Shown piece by piece: positions 8,280 to 17,227 of a stretch of 38,490 nt of DNA. Source of the stretch: a virus (lineage: Duplodnaviria > Caudoviricetes); the IMG/VR virus record IMGVR_UViG_3300032334_000080, positions 1 through 38,490 of that record; one strand, written 5' to 3'. Within the stretch, counting starts at the first letter, position 1. Every line of letters starts with the position of its first letter. The position numbers and the translations under genes are program-made. The notes below the pieces were generated by a model, which saw nothing but the letters and a program-made list of their open reading frames with translations, ran no database searches and was not told the origin of the DNA.

Positions 8280-8567
8280 ATGCTGACATTTGTAGATGTA
8301 TCAGAGTTCAAGCCAAGGGCTAAAAAGGCTGAGTTGACCCAAGAGCAAAAGCAAGAATGGTTCAACAAGGTCAAGCCAACTGCCAATTGGAAGTACCCAA
8401 TCAAGAAGACTTTAGTCCTTGAGAATGAGGATCAGATTGCAGAAGTCATGGACTCCATCATGTGGTTTGTAGGGGGTCTGACTGACTATGAGATTGTCAA
8501 GAGAATGCCTAAGTACATCTCTGTCAAGTTCTACAACCAAGGCTATTACAACAACATAGGAGCATAA
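8280..8567 (+). CDS. Hypothetical early protein
   Basis: TAAGGAG SD at 8264-8270 favours ATG 8280. Confidence 0.7.
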   Translation: MLTFVDVSEFKPRAKKAELTQEQKQEWFNKVKPTANWKYPIKKTLVLENEDQIAEVMDSIMWFVGGLTDYEIVKRMPKYISVKFYNQGYYNNIGA

Positions 8568-8569
8568 CC

Positions 8570-8914
8570 ATGGCAACCATCAGACTCAAAGAGGCTATCC
8601 AAGCCATTGCCCAAGGGGGCTACATCAAAGAGCCAAGCAATCACTTCTCAAGGTACACAACTGTCTTGGATAAAGATGGTGACCATGTTGGCTCAGTTAC
8701 TGCCAATTGCTACTATGAAGTCATGGACTACTTGAGTGGTCTATGGAAACATGGATGCCAACTCAAGGGAGATGACTACCTTGATAGGGTGTATCACTAC
8801 TCAACAGTCAAGGGTGACTTCAAGCACCTTGATCAGATATTGGCAAAACCATTGACAGAAAGATTGATGCAGAGTTTAGTTAGACAACAAGAGGAGGAAG
8901 AGGCTCATGTCTGA
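8570..8914 (+). CDS. Hypothetical early protein
   Basis: AGGAG SD; 114-aa ORF. Confidence 0.7.
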   Translation: MATIRLKEAIQAIAQGGYIKEPSNHFSRYTTVLDKDGDHVGSVTANCYYEVMDYLSGLWKHGCQLKGDDYLDRVYHYSTVKGDFKHLDQILAKPLTERLMQSLVRQQEEEEAHV

Positions 8915-9068
8915 AACAACCATGTCAGAGTACATCAAGGGGTTCAATAGTGGCTATGAATATGTCCTCCATGAGGTAGAGAACTTTATCAAGGCTTACC
9001 CATCAAAGGAGTTTGCCTTGCATGAGTTGTTGGCTCACCTCAAGATGGAGGGCAAGCCCCATGACTAG
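8907..9068 (+). CDS. Small hypothetical protein (53 aa, MSETTMSEY...; not in the ORF track)
   Basis: Purine-rich SD; fills the gap and overlaps both neighbours. Confidence 0.6.
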   Translation: MSETTMSEYIKGFNSGYEYVLHEVENFIKAYPSKEFALHELLAHLKMEGKPHD

Positions 9069-9222
9069 ATCACCCATCCAAGATGTTTGTATGCTCAAGA
9101 TTAGGATACTGCTCCATTCCAAAAGATTGGCTCAGTTGACTGAGAAGAGAGTTGAGAGGCAAGTGTATTTAAAGTTTCGTAAACAAATAACCGAATCGGT
9201 TTTACAAGGAGAGTTGGTATGA
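9061..9222 (+). CDS. Small basic hypothetical protein
   Basis: ATG at 9061 after GGAGG; the stop overlaps the next ATG. Confidence 0.45.
   Translation: MTRSPIQDVCMLKIRILLHSKRLAQLTEKRVERQVYLKFRKQITESVLQGELV
9189..9201. promoter_or_regulatory. Palindromic site AACCGAATCGGTT, identical to the origin iteron
   Basis: Exact match to 126-138; lies just upstream of the SD of ORF 9219. Confidence 0.5.
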
Positions 9223-9479
9223 CACATTTTGAAACCATGGACACCATAGTTAAGAACTTCTTTGACAATCTGCCAAAGGTAAGGCTTGCCTACTGTGACT
9301 ACATTGCCCATCTGATCCAAGGCAACCTCAAGGCAAATGATACTGAGAGGATGCTCTCAAGTGTTGGTCGGACTCAGTATGACACCGACCCTAGTGGCTC
9401 ATTTGCCTCTACCAAGAAGACCATCATGGTTGAGGATCGGAATGGCAAGCAGTACAGGATTACTGTGGAGGAGGTGTGA
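9219..9479 (+). CDS. Hypothetical protein
   Basis: AAGGAG SD; 86-aa ORF. Confidence 0.7.
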   Translation: MTHFETMDTIVKNFFDNLPKVRLAYCDYIAHLIQGNLKANDTERMLSSVGRTQYDTDPSGSFASTKKTIMVEDRNGKQYRITVEEV

Positions 9480-9634
9480 CAGAGAGGGGGGCTGCACTGC
9501 TCCTCTTTTCCTTTTGGTTTGTATTGATTGGGGCCTATGTGGTCAAGGAGGGGAGCAAGCCTCCCCCAAAGCCAAGGGTGCTGATTGTGCAACCCCCTGT
9601 AGAAGTTCCCAAAAGTTTAAAGGATTGGATATGA
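9476..9634 (+). CDS. Small membrane protein with a Pro-rich tail (52 aa; not in the ORF track)
   Basis: GTGA and ATGA overlaps at the two ends; MTERGAALLLFSFWFVLIGAYVVKEGSKPPPKP... Confidence 0.55.
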   Translation: MTERGAALLLFSFWFVLIGAYVVKEGSKPPPKPRVLIVQPPVEVPKSLKDWI

Positions 9635-9768
9635 ACCGACATGAGATAGACAACATGATGAGAGACCTACCAAGTCAGCATGACTACTACCATGAAGAGC
9701 CATTGTGGGAGAAATGCATCATGGGCTTTCTATTTATCGCATTTGTGGTTACCATCTGCTTTATCTAA
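9631..9768 (+). CDS. Small protein with a C-terminal TM helix (45 aa)
   Basis: AAGGA SD, ATG 9631; ends IMGFLFIAFVVTICFI. Confidence 0.55.
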   Translation: MNRHEIDNMMRDLPSQHDYYHEEPLWEKCIMGFLFIAFVVTICFI

Positions 9769-9802
9769 AAAGCGAATCTATATTGAACCGAAAGTGAATC
9801 TA

Positions 9803-9815
9803 AACCGATTCGGTT
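9803..9815. promoter_or_regulatory. Palindromic site AACCGATTCGGTT upstream of terS
   Basis: Reverse complement of the iteron; degenerate copies nearby (9771, 9786, 9945-9957). Confidence 0.5.
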
Positions 9816-9851
9816 ATGCATGGTGAATGAGGACACCTATAAACCTCTGAC

Positions 9852-9879
9852 TCCTAGGAAAGACTAGGACTTTTCTTTT
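9852..9879 (+). terminator. Rho-independent terminator candidate
   Basis: TCCTAG-GAAAGA-CTAGGA followed by CTTTTCTTTT. Confidence 0.5.
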
Positions 9880-9993
9880 GTGCTGAGATATAGTAGAATG
9901 AATGTTATGTTGGCAATCAGCCCAACAACCCAATAGCGACCCAAAAGCGAATCGATTTCGGCAATCATTCACTTCTCATGGGGACTAAGGGTC

Positions 9994-10638
9994 ATGCCTG
10001 AAACTAAAAAGACTGCAAAGAAACCTACAGGGGCCGCAAAGGCTCAAGGTGCAGTTGCCCCCAAAATGCGGAAAGCCACAAGGGCAGAGAAGATCACTAA
10101 GCCCGGTGTCTATGAAGTTCCCGCCCAAAATTCCCCCGAACCCAAAACAAAGCCCAAGATAGGCAGACCATCTAACTATGACCCTGAGATAGCAAGGATC
10201 ATATGTGAACAACTAAGTGAGGGAATACCACTTAGACAGATATGTAGAGAGAACCAAGGCTTTCCTGCGTGGAGGACTGTTTACGATTGGATGGGTCGCG
10301 ACCCCGCTCTTTCCGCATCCATCGCACGCGCCCGAGATATTGGCTATGACGCTTTAGCCGAGGAATGCCTGCAGATTGCTGACAACATGGAGTTTGGGCA
10401 GGTGCAAACCATGACCGACAAGGGGTCGTCAACGACCGTGGAGGATATGCTCGGTCACCGCAAATTGCGGATTGAGACCCGGCTCAAGTTACTGGCTAAG
10501 TTCCATCCCACCAAATATGGGGATAGGGTTGCCATCGAGGGGGTTGATGGAGGTGCGACCATCAAGACCGAGGACACGACTGCCCATAAGTTCCTTGAGA
10601 TCATCCGCAACATGGAGATGACCAAGCGTGCTGGCTGA
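9994..10638 (+). CDS. terS: Terminase small subunit (Sf6/P22-like)
   Basis: 'GRPSNYDPEIARIICEQLSEG..LRQIC', 'ARARDIGYD' and 'RKLRIETRLKLLAK..P.KYGD'; directly upstream of terL. Confidence 0.88.
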   Translation: MPETKKTAKKPTGAAKAQGAVAPKMRKATRAEKITKPGVYEVPAQNSPEPKTKPKIGRPSNYDPEIARIICEQLSEGIPLRQICRENQGFPAWRTVYDWMGRDPALSASIARARDIGYDALAEECLQIADNMEFGQVQTMTDKGSSTTVEDMLGHRKLRIETRLKLLAKFHPTKYGDRVAIEGVDGGATIKTEDTTAHKFLEIIRNMEMTKRAG

Positions 10639-12058
10639 GTTGCTCGATGACCAGACCGCAGCAGAGTTTGAGACCCTGCCGGAACATAACCGCATTGCTT
10701 TTGTCGCCCATGCCCAGTGGATAGCCCAGGCCCATTCCTATCAAATCCCCCCGGACTTGCATATGGATTACCGGGTTTTCTTGATGCTCGCAGGTCGTGG
10801 GGCCGGCAAGACTAGGTCGGCAGCCGAGGCTTTGTGGTGGTGGGCCTGGACTCATCCCGGGACTATGAGCATTGTGCTGGCGCCGACTTCCGGGGACTTG
10901 AAATTCACCTGCTATGAGGGGCCGTCAGGCTTGCTCGCCTGCATTCCAGAGGCTCTGGTCTTGGACTACAACAAGCAGGATCACCTCATCAAACTGTCTA
11001 ATGGGTCAAAGATAAGGGGTGTATCGGCTGACTCCTATGACCGCCTACGGGGTATCAACTCCTCATTCTGCTGGTGTGATGAGTTGGCAGCATTCAACTA
11101 TCTTGGCCCCAATGAGGCTTGGGACAACATGATGCTTGGTCTTCGTATCAAGCCAGACACCAATGAGCATAGTCAGCCCCGGGTGATTGTGACCACGACT
11201 CCGCGCCCAAAGGACTTGATCCTTGATCTGGTCGGCAGGGAGGGTGATGATGTGGTGGTCTCACGCGCCAGCACCTATGACAATGCCAAGAACCTCGATA
11301 AGGCTTTCCAGAGGCAGTTGGAGTCCTATAAGGGCAGCAAACTCTACTTGCAAGAGGTTCTGGGTGAGATTGTTGACCTCGAGGATGGCAAGGTGGTCAA
11401 CCGGGATATGTTCCAGATGTGGCCCGCTGATCGACCATTCCCCAAGTTTGAGTACATCGTCCAGTCCTATGACTGTGCCTACACCGACAAGGAATACAAC
11501 GACCCAACCGCCATGACCACATGGGGAGTCTTCAAGCCCATGGATGGCCCCATGTCCGTCTTGCTTGTGGACTGCTGGGCTGAACACCTTACCTTTCCCC
11601 AACTCAAGCCTAAGGTCATCGAGGAGTGGCGCGTCTCTTATGGTGAGGGGCGCGATGCCAAGCGACCAGACTTGATCCTCGTTGAGGGTAAGGCATCTGG
11701 CAAGTCCTTGATCCAAGAGTTGCAGGCGATGCACTTGCCTGTCCGTGAGTGGAATCCCGGTCATGCCGACAAGATGACCCGCCTCCAGATCACCGCCTCC
11801 ATCTTCACCACTGGGCGCGTCTGGCTGCCTGAGTCCTCTGTCCGCAAGGGCTATGTCAAGGACTGGTGTGAGGGATTCCTCTCCCAGATATGTGCTTTCC
11901 CGGATGCCCGCCATGATGACTATGTGGATTCAGCCACCCAAGCCATGCGTCTGCTCAAGGACATGGGATTCCTAGACATAAACCCGGAGCCTCGTTATGA
12001 TGATGAGGATGACTATTACGATGTAAAACCCAAGCGGGTCAACCCTTATGCGGTGTAA
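10628..12058 (+). CDS. terL: Terminase large subunit
   Basis: Walker A AGRGAGKT, Walker B WCDE, TTTP coupling motif, RNase H-like 'SYDCA' and 'HDDYVDS'. Confidence 0.95.
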   Translation: MLAELLDDQTAAEFETLPEHNRIAFVAHAQWIAQAHSYQIPPDLHMDYRVFLMLAGRGAGKTRSAAEALWWWAWTHPGTMSIVLAPTSGDLKFTCYEGPSGLLACIPEALVLDYNKQDHLIKLSNGSKIRGVSADSYDRLRGINSSFCWCDELAAFNYLGPNEAWDNMMLGLRIKPDTNEHSQPRVIVTTTPRPKDLILDLVGREGDDVVVSRASTYDNAKNLDKAFQRQLESYKGSKLYLQEVLGEIVDLEDGKVVNRDMFQMWPADRPFPKFEYIVQSYDCAYTDKEYNDPTAMTTWGVFKPMDGPMSVLLVDCWAEHLTFPQLKPKVIEEWRVSYGEGRDAKRPDLILVEGKASGKSLIQELQAMHLPVREWNPGHADKMTRLQITASIFTTGRVWLPESSVRKGYVKDWCEGFLSQICAFPDARHDDYVDSATQAMRLLKDMGFLDINPEPRYDDEDDYYDVKPKRVNPYAV

Positions 12059-12061
12059 AAC

Positions 12062-15000
12062 ATGGGCGCACTAAACATACTGGCTAAGACGGCCAAGGCA
12101 GCAAATGAGGCGGATAAGGCTTTGCCCCTGCGTCTGGCTCGTGCCGCGCCCAAGAGTCAAGCAGAGATTGATGCTCTGGCAACCCGGGTCTCTAAGCAGA
12201 TGCTAGGTGAACACGTGTCTAGTGGCAAGCCCAAGGACACCACCAACTTGGCTGGGCGGTCTCGCAAGGAGAATGAGCGCGTCAAGGGCCTGGACTATGA
12301 GGTGACTCCGACTGGAGCCGCCAAGGAATCGGTGATCTACCAGCCCCGCAAGGGTGATGTGAATGTGGCGATCCCCGGTGACCAGACCATCTCCGACTCC
12401 ATCCTGCGCAGAGTTGGGGACATTGAGGGCATTGATTCCCACCAACAGGGTGGGGCAAGGTATGGCTTGGGCAAGATGCATGAGGAAGACCCGCTCTTTT
12501 GGGCATCTGGTGAGGGTCCGGCTCAGATGGCTCAAAACAAGTTTGGGCGCGTGGGTGACTTCTATGACCCAGAGCGTGTGGTCGGTCAGCACTTGGCTAT
12601 GGGGCCTGTCTCCAACAACTTTGCCATGCACTTTGCTGATGCCAACCTAAGGGCAATGGACTACTCCAAGATCAAGCCCAAGGATATGCAAGCCTTTGAC
12701 AGGCTGATTGCCAATGGCTATGTCAAGAAGAATCAGAAGACAGGGCAGATGGAACACATCAACTTCCCTGAGTGGCCCGGCATTGCCGACCCTGATGCAG
12801 CCCTTGAGGTGATGAAAGCCAACCCTGAGTTGCGGAAGTGGTTCAATGACCGCATGAAGACACCTAAGGTAACTCAGCCCTTGGGTCTGCCTAATGGCTT
12901 GGACATCCAATGGGCTATTACCGAGCCACAGTTGCGGAACATGGAGGTCAATCTGACTGGCTTGTCTGCAGGTGAGATGGTTCCGGGCGCCAGCCTAACC
13001 GACACCGCGGCACACAATACCTATGAGAAAGGGATTCGTGGCAAGGCTTTGGGTCATCAAGAGGTCTTGACCCCATTCACCCTGTCCTATCCAGATGCAG
13101 CACAGCACATCGCCTCAACTCAGCGCCCCCAAGACTTCACGGGGACTATCCAAAAGGTCTTCCCCCATCAGTTGGTAGATGACCAATGGCTCGATGAGGT
13201 GGCTAAGTACCGCGAGTTGATCAAGAAATACACCGGGCAGAAGTCTGGTGGTGAGATTCATATGTCCAACTTTGAGAAGCGACTCAGAGGGATCAAGGAC
13301 GAAGAGGGCAAGGATGCCATGCGTAAGATCATGGCTCTGATGGCTGGCATGATCAAGGGTCAGCCTACCGACATTGCCTCCCAGACATTCAAGGGTCGAG
13401 ACTACAAGACCAAGAAAAACCCAAGCCCAACAAGCCCATCCATGCCATCGTTTGCCTTTAAGGGCAAGCAGTATGCAGAGGGTGGGGTAACCGAGTCTGA
13501 ACCGAGTCGGTTTCGCTTGCCTAAGTTCCGCCGTGGTGGTGGATCGCAAAAGGGCAAGGACAGACCAATGTATGAGGCATTCACCCAAGGTCTTGGCCCC
13601 ATGCTCTATGGTGCAGCAAGGGGAACTGCCGCAGGACTTGCTGGCGCGCCCGGTGACATTGAGGAATTGGGTCGCATGGGTATCAACTATGTTGGTGAAA
13701 AGGCGGGCAAGCCTAACCTTGTGAATGAAGAGTCGGCTCTGCCAACCTCTGAGCGAGTGCTAAAGAAGATTCCATCCCTCAAGGATTTGGGGGCAAGCAA
13801 GGCGGCTCAACACTCTGAGGATTTCGGCAGCAACATGGGTATGTATGGCGTTTCTCAGATTGTCGCGCCCAAGGCGGGGACAACCATAGCCAAAGGTGCT
13901 AAGACCTTAGGCAAGGAACTAGGTGAGACTGCTGCACACAAGATTGCAACCGGTCAGCCCCTCATTCCCGGTCTGCCTGCATCCATGACCAATCCCCCTG
14001 TGATGAACATCATCAAGCCAGAGGGTGGCAATTGGCGAAGTGGAGAGGTAGAGAAAGCCTTGAAGAGGCTCAAGGATAGTTCTGAGATGCACAATGCAGA
14101 ACACATTCGTGGCAATCCACAAAAGGTCTATGAAGACAGAATAGACACCTTGGACAAGGTTAGCCAAAAGGCAAAGGATGCCGGGCAATGGGATGATGCC
14201 ATGGAGCGGCAATATGCTGGACTTAGGCAGAATGCCCTCAACAACCTTGCCTTGGATAAGTGGGTTGACTCCAATCTCACCAACTATGTCAAAAAACAAA
14301 TGGGGTCGGAGAAAGACCCTGTCCGCCTATTGGCTGATGAGGGGGTTACTCACTATGCCAATGAGGGAGCAATGCGAGAGGCATTGGATTCAAGTTATCA
14401 GCAAAGCCATAATGCAAGGCTTTTGCGTGAGAGATATGGGATGCCATCCAACCCTATAGCCCAAACCAACATGGGCAAGACTTGGGAACAAGGTGTTGAT
14501 GATCTGCTTGGGCATGACATCAGCAAGACATACATTACAGACAAGCGCATCAAAGATAACCCATGGATGGCAAACATACCCAAGAACACCCCGTTCTATG
14601 GCATGGATGACTACCATACAAGGCAATTTGGCTTTGACCATATCCTTGATGTCTTGAAAGAAGACTTGGCATCTGGTCGCATCCGACCCGACCAACTCAA
14701 CAAGGTCTCAATGAAGCAGGCTGTTGAGCGCACCCATCAGTACAACTTGGATAAAGCCAAGGAGATGGAGAATGCCGTTATCAAGCAGCAAGAGGGTTTC
14801 CCTATCCACAAGGAATATCCAGAAGGCTATCGATGGCTTGAACTGTCTTTGCCCCCAGATGATATGTTGCCCAAGGGATACAAGATCATCAAGAATCCAG
14901 ATGTTGTTACCCCCAAAGATGGTGACCCATATCTGTTGCTCAATGACCAAGGTACTCCAATAGCCTTTGGTGATTCACCCGCAGAAATCATGCGAGGCAT

Positions 15001-17227
15001 CAGCCCAGACATGAAGCCGGGTTATCAGAAACTGAAAGATGCCCTTGACTATGAGGGCAGCACCATGGGTCATTGCGTAGGCTCATACTGTGATGAAGTA
15101 TCTGGTGGTGGCACTAAGATTTATTCCCTCAGAGACAAAAAGGGTGAGCCTCATGTAACTGTAGAAGTTCAGCCCGGACATGGCGATCAATCAATGGAAG
15201 CGGTAGAAGAGCGCTATAGACAAGCACGTGCTGCTGATCCAGTAAACACCCCTAGAAATTTTAATGACTGGGCTGAAGCCAATGACATTGCATTTGAGGC
15301 AGATACTTTCCGTCACCCTAGCATCATGCAAATCAAGGGAAAGCAAAACCGCGCCCCTAAGGATGAGTATTTACCCTATGTCCAAGACTTTGTAAAAAAC
15401 AATAATTGGGCAGTAATTGGTGACTTGAAAAATACGGGATTAAAGTCTATCAATGATGCTTTTCCAAATTATGAAGACCGCAAATTTTTTAGTAAGGCTA
15501 ACCCAAATACCTACTATCTAACCCAAGCAGAAATTGATGCTCACAACAAGGAGGTCAATGAGGCACTTCTTAATGAGTTTTCCAAGCACCGTCTCAAGCC
15601 AGACCCTGAGTCAAAGAACACCCTAGGCCGCAATGACTTGATGACCATCAGAGAATTGGCTGAGTTGGAGTTTCCCGGTGATTTGCAAAAGCAAGCCAAC
15701 ATGATCCGTGGTGCAATGCAAGGCACTACTGAGCCGGGTGCTTATAGTGGCTCAATCTTCCCTCCCCTTGAGGAGAAAAAGGGCGGAGCAATCTCTGTCC
15801 CCAAGTTCACCCTCAAGATGGGTGCGGGCGGCTTGCTCAAGGGCGCGATCAAAGGTGCAAAAGCAATTAAAAAGGCTGAGGCTCCAAGCATCATCATCCC
15901 TAGTGACATCAGTAAAGTCAAAGAGGCTATCCGCCAAAGCAAGGGTGACTTTGGTGCAAGGCGAGTAGAGCGTGCTGCTGATGAGATTCCTAACCTTGAA
16001 AAAATGTACAAAGAAAAGGCTTTGCAAGATGCCTTTGGTGGTGACAATGCTAAAGCCATGATGACCATGAACCCTGCGGACTTTGAAAAGTACGCCACTC
16101 CAGTAATTGAAAGAACAAGACATTGGGGCAGTTTGGGTGCAAGTGACCCTGACAAAATCAATTTGCCTACAGAAGACTACATAAAGTATCTAAGGACTGT
16201 TGGGCCTTTTGATGATGTTCCATTTTTAGAAATCAACAAGCAAGAAGAGGGTTTACCCCTAGTCCCATTTATTTCTGGGCATGAGGGTCGCCACCGCAAT
16301 AGAACCTTGGCAAATAAGGGTGAGAACACAGGGCTTGTCCAACTGTTGCCACGTGCTGAGTTGCGTGAACCTTTCCCACGTCGCTCTCAAGAGGAGTACA
16401 TTGAGGCTTTGAAGAAAGAACTAGAGATGACCAATAATGTGGTTGAGCCTCAAGTTTATTTTTCGCGGGATGCCTTTGCTCACCCTCCACAAATTAGACG
16501 CCCTGCAATTAAGTTGCCAGACATTTATGCCAAAGGCGGTATAGCCTTGGGTGCGGGCGGTTTACTCAAAAATGCCCTCAAAGGAATCAAAGGCACACAA
16601 GAGATATTGCCCGCGGTTGAGCGAGAGGCTAACAAAGCCAAGTACCTCAAGGACAGTAAGGTGCAAACCCAAGCCTATCATGGCCCCGGCAGATTCAATG
16701 GGGTGACCGACATTGACAAGTTCAGAACCATTGAGAATGACACAGGTGGGGCCTGGTTTGCATCCAACCCTGACTATGCTACCCAATTTGGGGACAACTA
16801 TGTGATGCCTGTCCACCTCAACATGAAAAACCCTGTGGACTTGACCAAGTTTGGCAACAAGTCATTGACTGTGAACCAATGGAAGAAAGCCATGCAAAAG
16901 GCTGGGGTAGATACCTCAGAGATGCAGATTAAACCCGCGGGTGTACTAGGTGGGGCGAACAAAAAAGGTGAGCCTAACTATGACCTGTGGGAATTGATGT
17001 GGCGCAATGATGATGGACAGAACAACATCCCTGAGACCCTTATGAAACAAGGGTACGATGGAATCCTAGCGCCAGCAGAGTACGATTCAAAGACTCCAAA
17101 CTATGTTGTCTTTGAGCCAACCCAAGTTAAATCAGCCCTTGGCAATCGAGGTACTTACGATCCGAAAGACCCCAACATCAGCAAAGCCAGAGGCGGCTTG
17201 ACTTCACTAAGGAAACGATATGCCTGA
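12062..17227 (+). CDS. Large polyvalent (probably virion-packaged) protein with PcfJ-like, ParB-like and ADP-ribosyltransferase-like domains
   Basis: PcfJ-like 'EGSTMGHCVGSY...IYSLRD...PHVTVEV...QIKGKQN'; ParB-like 'GHEGRHR'; ART-PolyVal-like 'YHG...WFAS.P.YA..F...VMPVHL.MKNP...GYDGI...YVVFEPTQVKS'. Confidence 0.75.
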   Translation: MGALNILAKTAKAANEADKALPLRLARAAPKSQAEIDALATRVSKQMLGEHVSSGKPKDTTNLAGRSRKENERVKGLDYEVTPTGAAKESVIYQPRKGDVNVAIPGDQTISDSILRRVGDIEGIDSHQQGGARYGLGKMHEEDPLFWASGEGPAQMAQNKFGRVGDFYDPERVVGQHLAMGPVSNNFAMHFADANLRAMDYSKIKPKDMQAFDRLIANGYVKKNQKTGQMEHINFPEWPGIADPDAALEVMKANPELRKWFNDRMKTPKVTQPLGLPNGLDIQWAITEPQLRNMEVNLTGLSAGEMVPGASLTDTAAHNTYEKGIRGKALGHQEVLTPFTLSYPDAAQHIASTQRPQDFTGTIQKVFPHQLVDDQWLDEVAKYRELIKKYTGQKSGGEIHMSNFEKRLRGIKDEEGKDAMRKIMALMAGMIKGQPTDIASQTFKGRDYKTKKNPSPTSPSMPSFAFKGKQYAEGGVTESEPSRFRLPKFRRGGGSQKGKDRPMYEAFTQGLGPMLYGAARGTAAGLAGAPGDIEELGRMGINYVGEKAGKPNLVNEESALPTSERVLKKIPSLKDLGASKAAQHSEDFGSNMGMYGVSQIVAPKAGTTIAKGAKTLGKELGETAAHKIATGQPLIPGLPASMTNPPVMNIIKPEGGNWRSGEVEKALKRLKDSSEMHNAEHIRGNPQKVYEDRIDTLDKVSQKAKDAGQWDDAMERQYAGLRQNALNNLALDKWVDSNLTNYVKKQMGSEKDPVRLLADEGVTHYANEGAMREALDSSYQQSHNARLLRERYGMPSNPIAQTNMGKTWEQGVDDLLGHDISKTYITDKRIKDNPWMANIPKNTPFYGMDDYHTRQFGFDHILDVLKEDLASGRIRPDQLNKVSMKQAVERTHQYNLDKAKEMENAVIKQQEGFPIHKEYPEGYRWLELSLPPDDMLPKGYKIIKNPDVVTPKDGDPYLLLNDQGTPIAFGDSPAEIMRGISPDMKPGYQKLKDALDYEGSTMGHCVGSYCDEVSGGGTKIYSLRDKKGEPHVTVEVQPGHGDQSMEAVEERYRQARAADPVNTPRNFNDWAEANDIAFEADTFRHPSIMQIKGKQNRAPKDEYLPYVQDFVKNNNWAVIGDLKNTGLKSINDAFPNYEDRKFFSKANPNTYYLTQAEIDAHNKEVNEALLNEFSKHRLKPDPESKNTLGRNDLMTIRELAELEFPGDLQKQANMIRGAMQGTTEPGAYSGSIFPPLEEKKGGAISVPKFTLKMGAGGLLKGAIKGAKAIKKAEAPSIIIPSDISKVKEAIRQSKGDFGARRVERAADEIPNLEKMYKEKALQDAFGGDNAKAMMTMNPADFEKYATPVIERTRHWGSLGASDPDKINLPTEDYIKYLRTVGPFDDVPFLEINKQEEGLPLVPFISGHEGRHRNRTLANKGENTGLVQLLPRAELREPFPRRSQEEYIEALKKELEMTNNVVEPQVYFSRDAFAHPPQIRRPAIKLPDIYAKGGIALGAGGLLKNALKGIKGTQEILPAVEREANKAKYLKDSKVQTQAYHGPGRFNGVTDIDKFRTIENDTGGAWFASNPDYATQFGDNYVMPVHLNMKNPVDLTKFGNKSLTVNQWKKAMQKAGVDTSEMQIKPAGVLGGANKKGEPNYDLWELMWRNDDGQNNIPETLMKQGYDGILAPAEYDSKTPNYVVFEPTQVKSALGNRGTYDPKDPNISKARGGLTSLRKRYA

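Noticed and set aside
9481-9600. G/C-run hairpins suggesting an ncRNA
   Set aside because: The interval is exactly filled by a plausible 52-aa membrane ORF, and the stems rely on many G-U pairs.
9337-9768. 143-aa ORF as listed in the track
   Set aside because: Better explained by coupled genes 9219-9479, 9476-9634 and 9631-9768; only the last 45 codons have an SD.
11261-11914. 217-aa minus-strand ORF
   Set aside because: Antisense shadow of terL; no motifs, and opposite to the uniform gene orientation.
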